Shown piece by piece: positions 31,453-45,279 of a DNA stretch of 64,000 nucleotides (positions are counted from its first letter, which is position 1; each line of letters opens with the position of its first letter). Both the position numbers and the translations under genes were made by a program. The DNA comes from the human T2T-CHM13v2.0 reference genome, Homo sapiens: the NCBI RefSeq assembly GCF_009914755.1, contig NC_060926.1; one strand, 5' to 3'. The notes under the pieces are model-generated. The model made no database searches, was not told where the DNA came from, and saw only the letters and a list, made by a program, of their open reading frames with translations.

Positions 31453-34400
31453 CTAGCAGGAGTTTATTTTCATATCCCAGTGGCACCTGGAACACCAGCG
31501 AGACAGAACCATTCACTCTCCTGGAAAGGGGGCTGAAGGCGGGGAGCCAAGTGGTCTAGCTCAGCGGATCCCACCCCTATGGAGCCCAGCAAGCTAAGAT
31601 CCACTGGTTTGAAATTCTCGCTGCCAGCACAGCAGTCTGAAGTCGACCTGGGATGCTCAAGCTTGGTGGTGGGAGGGGTGTCCGCCATTACTGAGGCTTG
31701 AGTAGGTGGTTTTCCCCTCACAGTGTAAACAAAGCTGCTGGGAAGTTCAAACTGGGTGGAGTCCACCACCGCGCCACAAAGCTGCTGTAGCCAGACTGCC
31801 TGTCTAGATTTCTCCTCTTTGGGCAGGGCATCTCTGAAAGAAAGGCAGCAGCCCCAGTCAGGGGCTTATAGATAAAACTCCCATCTCCCTAGGACAGAGC
31901 ACCTGGGGGAAGGCGCAGCTGCGGTCACAGCTTTAGCAGACTTAAACGTTCCTGCCTGCAGGCTCTGAAGAGAGCAGCTGACCTCCCAGCACAGCACTCA
32001 AGCTCTGCTAAGGGACAGACTGTCTCCTCAAGTGGGTCCCTGACCCCCATGCCTCCTGACTTGGAGACACCTCCCTGCAGGAGTTGACAGACACTTCATA
32101 CAGGAGAGTTCCAACTGGCATCTGGTGGGTGCCCCTCTGGGGTGAAGCTTCCAGAGGAAGGAACAGGCAGCAATCTGCTGTTCTGCAGCCTCTGCTGGAG
32201 ATACCCAGGCAAACAGAGCCTGAAGTGGACCTCCAGCAAACTCCAGCAGACCTGCAGCAGAGGGGCCTGACTGTTAGAAAAACTAACAAACAAAAAGGAA
32301 TAGCATCAACATCAACAAAAAGGACATCCACACAAAAACCCCATCAGAAGTTCACCAACATCAAAGACCAAAGTTAGATAAATCCATGAAGATGAGGAAA
32401 AGCTAGTGCAAAAATGCTGAAAATTCCAAAAACCAGAATTCCTCTTCTCCTCCAACGGATCACAACTCCTCGCCAGCAGGGGAACAAAACTGGATGGAGA
32501 ATGAGTTTGACGAATTGACAGAAGTAGGCTTCAGAAGATGGGTAATAACAAACTCCTCCCAGCTAAAGGAGCATGTTCTAACCCAATGCAAGGAAGCTAA
32601 GAACCTAAAAGTTTAAAGGAATCTCACTAACTAGAATAACCAGTTTAGAGAAGAATATAAATGACCTGATGGATCTGAAAAACACAACATGAGAACTTCA
32701 TGAAGCATACACAAGTATCAATAGCTGAATCGATCAAGGGGAAGAAAGGATATCAGAGATTGAAGATCAACTTAATGAAATAAAGCATGAAGACAAGATT
32801 AGAGAAAAAGCATGAAAAGGAAAGAACAAAGCCTCCAAGAACCATGGAACTATGTGGAAAGACCAAACCTACATTTGATTGGTGTATCTGAAAGTGACAG
32901 GGAGAATGGAACCAAGTTGGAAAACACTCTTCAGGATATTATCCAGAAGAACTTCCCCAACCTAACAAGACAGACCAACATTCAAATTCAGGAAATACAG
33001 AGAACACCACAAAAATACTCCTCAATAAGAGCAACCCCAAGACACAAAATCGTCGGATTCACCAAGGTTGAAATGAAGGAAAAAATGTTGAGGGCAGCCG
33101 GAGAGAAAGGTCTGGTTACCCACAAAGGGAAGCTGATCAGACGGAGAGTGGATCTTTCTTCAGAAACCCTACAAGCTAGAAGAGAGTGGGGGCCAATATT
33201 CAACATTTTTAAAAGAATTTTCAAGCCAGAATTTCATATCCAGCTAAACTAAGCTTCATAAGTGAGGGAGAAATAAAATCCTTTACAGACAAGCAAATGC
33301 TGAGAGATTTTGTCACAAACAGGCCTGCCTTACAAGAGCTCCTGAAGGAAGCACTAAATATGGAGACGAAAATCCAGTACCAGCCAATGCAAAAACATAC
33401 CAAGTTGTAAAGACCATTGACACTATGAAGAAACTGCATCAACTAAAGGGCAAAATAACCAGCTAGCATCATAATGACAGGATCAAATTCATACATAACC
33501 GTATTAACCTTAAATGTAAATAGGCTAAATGCCCCAATTAAAAGACACAGACTGGCAAATTAGATAAAGAGTCAATACCCATCGGTGTGTTGTATTCAGG
33601 AGACCCATCTCACATACAGACACACATAGGCTGAAAATAAAGGGATGGAGGAATATTTACCAAGCAAATAGAAAGAAAAAAAAAAGAAGCAGGGGTTTCA
33701 ATCCTAGTCTCTGATAAAACAGACTTTAAACCAACAAAGATAAAAAAAATCAAAGAAGGGCATTACGTAATGGTAAAGGGATAAACGCAACAAGACGAGC
33801 TAACTGTTGTAAATATATATGCACTTAACACAGGAGCATCCAGATTCATAAACCAAGTACTTAGAGACCTACAAAGAGACTTAGACTCCCACACAATAAT
33901 AGTGGGAGACTTTAACACTCCACTGTCAATATTAGATCAACGAGACAGAAAATTAACAAGGATATTTAGGACTTGAACTCAGCTCTGAACCAAGTGGACC
34001 TAATAGACATCTACAGAACTCTCCACTCCAAATCAACAGAATATACATTCTTCTCAGCACCACATCACACTTATTCTAAAATTGACCATGCCATTGGAAG
34101 TAAAACACTCCTCAGCAAATGTAAAAGAACAGAAATAATAACAAACAGTCTCTCAGACCACAGTGCAATCAAATTAGAACTCAGGATAAGAAACTCTTTC
34201 AAAACCACACAAGTACATGGAAGCTGAACAACCTGCTCCAGAATGACTACTGGGTAAATAATGAAATTAAGGCTGAAATAAATAAGTTCTTTGAAACTAG
34301 TGAGAACAAAGACACAACATACCAGAATCTCTGGGACACAGCTAAAGCACTATTTAGAGGGAAATGTATAGCACTAAATGCAGACAGGAGAAAGTAGGAA

Positions 34401-37400
34401 AGATCTAAAACCGACACCATAAGTGTCGAACATCACAAGTAAAAAGAACATCACAAGTAAAAGAACTAGAGAAGCACTAGTAAACAAATTCAAAAGCTAA
34501 CAGAAGACAAGAAATAACTAAGATCAGAGCAGAACTGAAGGAGATAGAGACACGAAAAGCCCTTCAAAAAAATCAATGAATCCAAGAGCTTGTTTTTTGA
34601 AAAGATTAACAAAATGATAGACGGCTAGCCAGACTAATAAAGAATAAAAGAGAGAAGAATCAAATAGACATAATAAAAAATGATAAAGGGGATATCACCA
34701 CTGATCCCATAGAAATACAAACTACAACCAGAGAATACTATGAACATCTGTACGCAAATAAACTAAAAAATCTACAAGAAATGGATAAATTCCTGGACAC
34801 TTACACCCTCCCAAGACTAAACCAGGAAGAAGTCAAATCCCTGAATAGACCAATGACAAGTTCTGAAATTGAGGCAATAATTAATAGCCTACCAACCAAA
34901 AAAATTGCAGGACCAAACGGATTCACAGCCGAATTCTACCAGAGGTTCAAAGAGGAGCTGGCACCATTCCTTCTGAAACTATTCCAAACAATAGAAAAAG
35001 AGGGAATCCTCCCTAACACATTTTATGAGGCCAGCATCATCCTGATACAAAAACCTGGCAGAGACACAACAACAACAAAAGAATTTCAGGCCAATATACC
35101 TGATGTATTGATGTAAAAATCCTCAATAAAGTACTGGCAAATCGAATCCAGCAGCACAGCAAAAAGTTTATTCACCATGATCAAGTCAGCTTCATCCCAG
35201 GGATGCAAGGCGGATTCAACGTATGCAAATCAATAAACGTAATCCATCACATAAACAGAACCAATGACAAAAACCACATAATTATCTAGATAGACGCAGA
35301 AAAGCCCTTCAATAAAATTCAACACCCCTTCATGCTATAAACTCAATAAACTAGGTATTGATGGAACATATCTCAAAATAATAAGAGCTATTTATTACAA
35401 ACCCACAGCCAATATCATACTGAATGAGCAAAAACTGGAAGCATTCCCTTTGAAAACCTGCACAAGACAAGGATCCCCTCTCTTACCACTCCTATTCAAC
35501 ATAATATTGGAAGTTCTGGCCAGGGCAATCAGGCAAGAGAAAGGAATGAAGGTATTCAAATAGGAAGAGAGGAAGTCAAATTGTCTCTGTTTGCAGATGA
35601 CATGATTGTATATTTAGAAAACCCCATTGTCTCAGCCCAAAATCTCCTTAAGCTGATAAGCAACTTCAGCAGTCTCAGGATACAAAATCAATGTGCAAAA
35701 ATCACAAGGATTCCTATAAATCAATAATAAACAGCCAAATCATGAGTGAACTCCCATTCACAGTTGCTACAAAGAGAGTAAAATACCTAGGAATACAACT
35801 TACAATGGATGTGAAGGACCTCTTCAAGGAGAACTACAAACCACTGCTCAAGGAAATAAGAGAGGACACAAACAAATGGAAAAACATTCCATGCTCCTGG
35901 ATAGGAAGAATCAATATCATGAAAATGGCCATACTGCCCAAAGTAATTTATAGATTCAGTGCTATCCCCATCAAGGTACCATTGACTTTCTTCACAGAAT
36001 TAGAAAAAACTACTTTAAATTTCATGTGGAACCAAAAATACCCCATATAGCCAAGAGATATCCCAAGCAAAAGGAACAAAGCTGGAGGAATCACGCTACC
36101 TGACTTCAAACTATACTACAAGGCTACAGTAACCAAAATAGCATGTTACTGGTACCAAAACAGATATATAGACCAATGGAGCAGAACACAGACCTCAGAA
36201 ATAATGCCACACATCTACAATCATCTGATCTTTGACAAACCTGACACAAACAAGCAATGGGGAAAGGATTCCCTGTTTAATAAATGGTGTTGGGAAAACT
36301 GGCTAGCCATATGCAGAAAACTGAAACTGGACCCCTTCCTTACACCTTATACAAAAATTAACTCAAGATGGATTAAAGACTTAAACATAAGACCTAAAAC
36401 TATAACACCCTGGAAGAAAACCTAGGCGATAGCATTCGGGACATAGGCATGAGCAAAGACTTCATGACTAAAACACCAAAAGCAATGGCAGCAAAAGCCA
36501 AAATTGACAAATGGGATGTAGTTAAGCTGAAGAGCTTCTGCACAACAAAAGAAACTATCATTAGAGTGAACAGGAAACCTACAGAATGGGAGAAAATTTT
36601 TCTATCTATCCATTTGACAAAGGACTAATATATAGAATCTACAAGGAACTTAAACAAATTTACAGGAAGAAAACAACCCCATTAAAAAGTGGTCAAAGGA
36701 TATGAACAGACATTTCTCAAAAGAAGACATTTATGCGGCCAACAAACATATGAGCAAAAGCTCATCGTCACTGGTCATTAGAGAAATGCAAATGAAAACC
36801 ACAATGAGATACCATCTCATACCAGTTAGAATGGTGATCGATTAAAAGTCAGGAAACAACAGATGCTGGAGAGGATGTGGAGAAATAGGAATGCTTTTAC
36901 ACTGTTGGTAGGAGTGTAAATTAGCTAAACCATTGTGGAAGTCAGTGTGGTGATTCCTCAAGGATCTAGAACAGGAAATACCATTTGACCCAGCAATCCC
37001 ATTACTGGGTATATACCCTAAGGATTATAAATCATTCTACTATAAAGGCACAGGCACACATATGTTTATTGCAGCACATTCACAATAACAAAGGCTTGGA
37101 ACCAACCCAAATGCCCATCAATAGGCCGAATAAACAAAATGTAGCACATATACAACATGGAATACTATGCAGCCATAAAAAAGGATGAGTTCATGTCCTT
37201 TGCAGGGACTTGGACAAAGCTAGAAACCATCATTCTCAGCAAACTAACACAGGAACAGAAAACCAAACACTGCATGTTCTCACTCAAAGTGGGAGTTGAA
37301 CATTGAGAACACATGGACACAGGGAGGAGAAGGTCACACACTGGGGCCTGTCATGGGGTGGAGGGCTAAGGGAGGGATAGCATTAGGAGAAATACGTAAC

Positions 37401-37514
37401 GTAGATGATGGGTTGATAGGTGCAGCAAACCACCACGGCACGTGTATCCCTATGTAACAAACCTGCACGTTCTGCACATGTATCCCAGAATTTGAAGTAT
37501 ACCACTAATAACAA
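31453..37514 (+). mobile_element. Near-full-length L1PA7-like element, inactivated, same orientation as the host gene
   Basis: L1PA7/8-type 5'UTR lacking its first few hundred bases. Fragmented ORF1/ORF2. 3'UTR gcagcaaaccaccacggcacgtg...gtatcccagaa. TSD aagtagag at 31445-31452 and 37515-37522. Confidence 0.92.
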
Positions 37515-38959
37515 AAGTAGAGGAGTCGTGACCTGGATTCTCCAGGTACTGTTTTAGAAAAGAAACAATAGATTTCAAAGAATCTGGAATTGTTTCAATA
37601 GAAGACTCTTGCTTTTTTATTGCATTTGTCTATTACTGAGGTATTATTTCACGAGTCCCTATTGTGCCACTTAAAGACCTCCTGGATGGAAGATTTGCTC
37701 CCCAGTTAGTGTAAGAAAGTTAACGTACTGCTAAGTGCTGTATATGGCGATAGAAGTCTATTAATAATACATGTGTGGAGTTTGGCTGGCAAAGTCATTT
37801 GCACTTCACAGTAGCTTTCTGTAATCAATAGTCCCACTTTATCCAATAAAAAATTACTGGAGCATAAAATGTATAAAGCTTGATCAGTTCTCTTTATTTT
37901 AGTCATCTGTTCAGCAAAAAATGACAAGTTAATTCTTTTCTAAATGCATTTACATCTTTAAAAGGACAACAGACATTATCATAAATTAGTCATGCTGCAG
38001 TACACTGATTTTTAATATACACATGCATTTAATTTGAATACCTTGCACTAGGGTTTCAATTCCAAGAATGTTTGCAAATCTATATGTGCTCAGTCAAAAC
38101 ATGACCATTAACTAATGCAATTATTCTTTCAATCTGTCATCATTAAATCACTTAAAATTCTATTTTGTGTTGTTCTGCTTTAAATCTAAGCTTTTAGAAG
38201 AAGGAGCAAAGAAACCCACACTTTTAAGCAATTCCAAGCCTTTATGAAAGTGATAAAGTTTAGATTTCAAAGGACAGAGGTTGCTGTCTGGCTGTGATGG
38301 TCCTGGTTCTATTTTAAGAATAGTTTCTTAAATGTGCCTACTTTTCTAATTTTGGCTTTGCTAATTTAGGATGCCTCTACTTATTGCTTCACAGCTATAA
38401 ATGCCTTCCTTCTTTTGTCCCCCTTTCCTCCCTCAATTTAGAAAATATTTTAATTATGTGATTCCTTCGGTGGGACAGCATCACTATCAGGAAGTCAAGC
38501 CAGCCACTTGAGTTGTTTAATTCTAACTAAGGTCTAGACTCAGCTTCTCTAATCCAAAGTTTGTGTCCTGTATCTCTTTATGAGGACGTGTATTTCCACA
38601 GTTACAGGAGGGTCCTTTCTTTGATTAATTTTGATTTGTCATTTTAAGCTGCATCTACCTTTTGAGAATGATAACATATTAAATCTTAACTGTTTCTACT
38701 CATGCAGATACACTCGTGAACCATTTCCTGAGTAGACTTAAATTATAAACTAAACATAGAGAAATTGGGCAATGAGTATCAGGCATGGGGGGATAAAAGT
38801 TCAGAAGACAGATGGTAGGAGGTAAATGAAGAAAAATGAAATTTCACAGCTATAATACGTGGTGTCCTTAATATTTGTGATTTTGTTCCCTTTCCTGAGC
38901 TGACTTACCTAAGAATTCAGTGCCAGGAAATTTTGCTGCTAATACGTGGGTCAAAAACA

Positions 38960-40300
38960 AATTTGGAATCATCCATCACTACTCTCTCTCATTCCAGGTC
39001 TAATCCATTAGAAGGTTGTCTCCACCTTCAAAATATATCCCGAATCTAATCTCTTTGCCCTACATTCACTATGACTGCTGCAGTGGAACCCACCATCCTT
39101 TCTCCTAGACTGGCAAAGACCTTCAAATGTATAATTTCTTCCACCTCCCTGGCTCCCACAGCCTATTACTTCCCTCAGTAGCCAGGTGATCCTTAAAAAA
39201 TTAAAATCACATCATCATGTTACCATTCTTCCCAAAATTGTCCAACGATTTTCCAGCATATTTGGAATAACACTCACAATCTATCCTCTGGCCCAGTGTT
39301 CAAGCTTTCTGGTACCAGTGACCAGTTTTGTGGAAGATAATTTTTCCATGAACTTGGAAAGGGGGATGGTTTCAGGATGATTCAAGTGCATTACTTTTAT
39401 TTATTTTGCATGTTATTTCTATCATTATCACATTATAATGAAATAATTATACAACTCACCATAATGTAAAATCAGTAGGAGCGCTGAGCTTGTTTTCCTG
39501 CAACTAGACAGTCCCATCTGGGGGTGGTGATGGGAGGCAGTGATGGATCATCAGGCATGAGATTCTCATAAGGAGCGCGCAACCTAGATCCCTCTCTTGT
39601 GCAGTTCACAATAGGGTTTGCACTCCTGTGAGAATCTAATGCTGCTGCTGATCTAACAGGAGGCAGAGCTCGGTGGCAATGTGAGTGATGGGGAGTGGCT
39701 GTAAATACAGATGAAGCTTCACTTGCTCATCTGCTGCTCACCTGCTGCTCACCTCCTGCTGTGAGACCTGGTTCCTAACAGGCCGCTGACCAGTACTGGT
39801 CTGTGGCTCGGGTGTTAGGGACCCCTGCTCTGGCCTATGAGGTTCCACATAACGTGGCTCTTGACTACTCTTTATATCCTGTCTCTACTATTCTCCCCTT
39901 GACCCACCTGTCTTAACCACACTGGCTTCTGTGCTATTTCTAGATGGTGCTGGGCACTCTGCCTCCCTGGGGACTTTGGACAGGCTGCCCTTTTCTCTGC
40001 CCAGAACACCACTTGCCCACCATCCTTATGCTCACTCCCTCATTTTATTCAGGACTCTGACGATTTCCCTCGTCATGGCACTGAAATATCTCTCCTCGTC
40101 CATCTCTCTCTCCCCACCTGGTAACTGGTGCCATGCCATGTATTGATGCATTTATGTCTGTCTATCCCACCAGAAGGTAATCTTCCCAAGGTCAGGGGCT
40201 TTCTCTCTCTCACTGCTGTGTCTCTGTTGTCCTCGGTGCTTAGCTGTGGCTCAACAATTACTTGTTGAAAGAAAGGATAAGTGAATGCATGGATGAGTAA
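38960..40300 (+). mobile_element. L2 remnant interrupted by MER1A
   Basis: L2 3' motifs (gccaggtgatccttaaaaaattaaaatcacatcatcatgt; ctcaacaattacttgttgaaagaa...tgaatg tail). Confidence 0.6.
39294..39827. mobile_element. MER1A (hAT-Charlie) DNA transposon
   Basis: Perfect 8-bp TSD ctctggcc at 39286-39293 and 39828-39835. Ends gggacccctg. Confidence 0.85.
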
Positions 40301-40728
40301 GTGATTCACTTACTGTTTGGACAGGCCTATTTCTTTGTCTAGTCAACCTGCTTTTTAGCACTTTTCAGGCTTCAGTCTTCCATCCATGTCTTTATCTTAA
40401 CTGAAATGTTCTTGTAGGAGTTATTCTTCCTGTGCATCCAGTATTTGAGTTATTAGCATTCCCTTTCTCAGAGGTTTGGGGTTCAAAATGGCTGACAATG
40501 TGCTCTCTCACTCAAAGTAGGGACATCAGAGCTGTTTTTACATAAATGGAGGGCAGGTTTCTCTAACATTTAGAATGAGCAGGGAGCAATGTTGGGAATT
40601 TGATTTTGGGGCCTTGAAAAGACATTCTTTTTCAAAAAGTTATCTTTTGCATCTTTTAGTGGGAATTTGAATTTACACAATTAGAGATTCCTTTACTTAT
40701 GTTTTATTTCTCTTTTAACTTGCAATTA

Positions 40729-41074
40729 CAGCCATGCACTCCATAACATTTCTGTCAGTGGTGGGCCATGGACTGCATATACGATGGTCCCATAAGATTG
40801 TAATACTTTATTTTTACTGTACCTTGTTTATGTTAGACATGTTTAGATACACAAATACTTGCCATTGTGTTATAGGTGCCCACAGTATTTGGTAAATTGA
40901 CATGCTGTACAGGTTTCCAGCCTAGGAGCAATATATACCATATAGCCTAGGTATGTAGTAGGCTACACCATCTAGGTTTGTGTAAGTGCACTCTATGATG
41001 TTTGCAAAAGGATGAAATTGCCTAGTGACACATTTCTCCATAACATATCTCTGTCATCAAGTGAGACATGACTA
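40729..41074. mobile_element. Tigger3a/MER7A-like MITE
   Basis: Termini cagccatgc...catgacta. Internal ccagcctaggagcaat...ccatctaggtttgtgtaagt. Confidence 0.75.
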
Positions 41075-41419
41075 TCTCCTGAAAGAGCTGAAATGCATCC
41101 CTAGGTGACCACAGGGCTCTCATTATAAAATGATTATCATATATTCTCAAACTGTACTTGTATTTGAGATTAGAAGAAAAGTTATTTTGGCAGTGTGAAA
41201 TATTATTGGTCAGCAGATTATATTTTTGTCTACACCCAGAACACCCTTCCTCGGACCAAGATCAACATTCACTTGTCCTTGTAATGGCTAGACAGGTAGC
41301 TACCCATTGTCTACTGAAGTTGCATTCTGTACTACTTGATTGAGCTTTCTGGACTATCTGATTGAGTAAATGGGTTTGCCATTTACCGTTTTAATCTGCC
41401 ATAGTGTCATTTTATTATG

Positions 41420-41640
41420 AAGATATGCTTTAGAATCAGGTAAACCTTGCTTTGAACCCTGCTTTCACTCATGTGACCTTGGAAGAGTTACTTACTCTTT
41501 ATGCCAATTCTGCCATCTGTAAAAGGAGAAATAAGATTTTCTTCATAGGGTTGCTGGGAGGATTAAATGAAGTAATGCCCCTAAGTTCATTAGTGCGGTG
41601 CCTGGTATACAGTAAGCAGGCAGAAAATACTGTTATTTGT
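41420..41640 (+). mobile_element. MIR
   Basis: gtgaccttggaagagttactt...catctgtaaaagg...cttcatagggttgctgggaggattaaatga core. Confidence 0.7.
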
Positions 41641-42752
41641 ACTACTTGGAGGATCTGCCCTGATACCCTAGTAGTCCAAACAAATTAATGCCTTGTTTAT
41701 TCTGTTTAGCCAGACACTTTGAAAAAAGCACACTGATTCACACTCTCACGTTGGTAAGGGGCTATGGAAACTGACATTTCTTTCATTCCATGGCCATTTA
41801 CTCTACTTGAGGCATTTCCATAGCCAATTTCGAAGTTTCATCTCAGAGGAGGTAGGACGCCGGCCTTTGCAACTCCCCACATTCCCTTTTAACCAAGAGG
41901 GCCAAATGAGGCTGCTTTGAAAGGCATCAGAGTTGGGAGATGGGAGGTTGAAAAGGTCTGGTCTTTGACATGGGCTTAGCCATTAAAGAGAGTGTTCCAG
42001 GCATCAGAAAGCTGAGTTTTCTGGAGCCTGGAGGACTATCGCTGTAACAACTTCTAAAGGAGAAAGGGAGTAACGTTTAGCTGAGTGGGCTCCTTTGATT
42101 TGTTATTCTGTCAGATCCTAGCGACACTTTCTCTGGTTGGAGCAGCTCAGGATGTTCAGTTTTCATGGCTGCCGGGATGATTTGTGACTAAACGTAGATA
42201 GGGCTTTTGAAAAAAATAAAGAAAAAAGGTTGAGCAAAGACTATGAAAAGACCCATATTTTTAAAAAAAGGAATATAGAAGTCGTTTATTGGTGTGGTTT
42301 TTCCTCTCCCTCTTGCTAGGTTGATATTTTCTCTGAGGTGGTAAAAAAAAAAATAGCAATAGTGATAAATGTCTTCTCTAAAGGATTTATCATTTGCCAG
42401 TGAATGGAACTTGGGTGTTTTTGGTTAATGAGCTACCAACAAGTTTTTTGTTACTTTATATACAGATATAGTCATTAAACTCTTGTTTTCATTTTCCTTC
42501 ATAATAACTTCCCAAATTTCTCCATTGCTATTTCTTGTAGGGTCATGTTAAATTAATTGTAAAAGCAATTTATACAGAATGCCCCATTCCTTTCAAACAA
42601 GCAAAAAATAACTATAATCTAAACTTTATGTTTCTTTTTTGCTCTTTGTTGAACTGCTGTTGCTGGAACTTAGACCATGGCAACTGTGGATCTCTAATGT
42701 TAAGACTTTTGATGAAATCAATGAAATCCTCATAAATAAAATGTTAATGTAC

Positions 42753-42780
<28 letters not shown>
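42753..42780. repeat. (GT)n microsatellite
   Basis: About 14 GT units. Confidence 0.95.
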
Positions 42781-42784
<4 letters not shown>

Positions 42785-43342
42785 CACATCAGCAATGGGC
42801 AAAAGGCACATGTAGAAGGATGCAAGAAGAAAGGGAATGGACACTTATTGAATATTTATTATATGTCAGGCTCAATGATTGGTATTATTATCTCCCTTGT
42901 ACAGGTAGGAAAACAAAATTGGACCCAAGTCACTAACCAGAAAGTGGTGAAATTCTGATTCAAACCAAGTTGGTTGGACTCCAAAGCATACTTGTCACCT
43001 GTACCACACTACCCTCTTTTTGCGTGTCTTCTTTGTTAATGATATCATAGAAGTCTCTGAGTCAGTGGCTGTATCTGACCCCCTTGTTCAGGCCAGAAAG
43101 TTCTTCTTTTGGGGAATCCTTGGAGGAAGAGGGTTTGAAATGAGATCTTGGTAATCATCCACCCCAACATTCTCATACCCCATTTCATTTTGCCCTGGAT
43201 GAAAGATCTATCTGTGCCCTGAAACTGGAAATCTGAAAAACAAGGCTTCTGCTGAGGTGGCCCTGAAGAATAGGGTAAGGACTGACTCTGTGAGGAGAAA
43301 GGGTTTCAGAGCCCTGGCTCTGGAAAAGAACTATCCCTGTGA

Positions 43343-43765
<423 letters not shown>

Positions 43766-45109
43766 TGAACTCTGCACTCCAAACTCTTGTCTGCCTGAGT
43801 GACTAATTCATAAGCCTAGGGAAAAAAAAAGTGAAAATTAAGTAGTGAGGCTGAGGGAGAAAAACTCATGTTACAACAAATCCCAGAGGACTGTCCAAAT
43901 CCTTTTTCTATGGTGGGCTTTTCACAAGACTAATGATTCTCAGCTGATTCTTAGCTTTCAGGCTTTTTAGAATGATGACATTCATTGTTAGGGATTTGTC
44001 ACTATGAGGTTTCTTGGAGATTTGCTTTCTTATTTTGACATCTGTTACTTGATTTCAATTTTACTCTAGTTTTTGTAAAGCCAGGATCTTGGTGACATAT
44101 GATTACTTTTATGGCTGGTTTTTCCTCTTTTTTCTTTTAAACAATCACAAAACTGATAAATTTTTCTTTAAATATGAAATGGGACAGCAGATATGTCAAT
44201 GTTACTTAGGCTTTGTTTATTGTTCAGAATTTAATGAGTCTCTCAGTGTTTTTACGAATGCCGCAAGGTTATACTGCTGCTGTGGGCTTAAAGAATACGG
44301 TAATAATCCACAAAAGGAAATTCTGCCTAAAATAATTCTCTAGGTATGAATGTAGTAGTGTGATAGTTGTTTTGTTTTCTGTACATTGTATACAAACTCC
44401 ATTGTGTTTTCCCCCTTATTTGTGGGGATGTATGTGTGTATTTGAGTATTAACCAGTTATAAACTAGGGAGACATATTTCTATATCAGTTTATATAACAG
44501 TATGGCTGCATATGTAAAAAAGTATTAATCAGTTATATATAGTGGCACGGTATTAACTCATTTTTAATACATATACTTTTATGTGAATGACATGAAGTCA
44601 AATGAGTAAAGAGTTTCTTACATCAAGAAGACTGAAAAGTTGGAGATAGCTGTATGTAAAATAATATATTTACGACTTTACACATTCACACACTGTCCTA
44701 TTAAGAAAGAAAAGCCAACTTTCACACAAAGTCATCTGAAAGTCTGTGGAGTGAAATCCCATGACAAGTTCAGCTATCAAGAATTAGGCTCATTCGGTTT
44801 CCAACTCCTCTCTCTATTCCCTCACTCTCTTCCAGCTTCAAGGCTGAGACACACTCACTGTTTATCCATATCACGTTCCTTTAGTCCAGTCATCTTGTGC
44901 TATTGTCATGATGGGCTGCTGGATGTTTTTTTTTTCTAGGAAATAAAAGGGATTTAGTAATTCAAAGCTAGTATACTTCTTTATCCACAGGCAAAGATTT
45001 GGCCCTAGAAAGAGAGATTATGCCTCTTGATGTCATGACTTAAGTTTTCCTCAGAGTTGTATATTTTTCTTACTTCTTCTTCTTCTTTTAAATAAACCAA
45101 ACCAAACAG

Positions 45110-45279
45110 GTATTCCTGGAGAACTTCTGAATGGAAAGAATGCCAAGTCTCTCTCCTCCTCGAGCAGCAGGATCCCCACTGGCATGTGACGGGACCCGTG
45201 TGTGGCGGTGGGATCCAGACCCGGGAGGTGTACTGTGCCCAGAGCGTACCAGCAGCTGCCGCACTGAGGGCCAAGGAAG
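45110..45279 (+). CDS. THSD7B: Next internal coding exon (170 nt, phase 2-1) of THSD7B
   Basis: Acceptor aaacag|G and donor GAAG|gtaggc. In frame with the previous exon (AG|G = Arg): YSWRTSEWKECQVSLLLEQQDPHWHVTGPVCGGGIQTREVYCAQSVPAAAALRAKE, a TSP1-type W..W..C..CGGG.QTR.VYC pattern. Missed by the ORF track on +. Confidence 0.92.
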
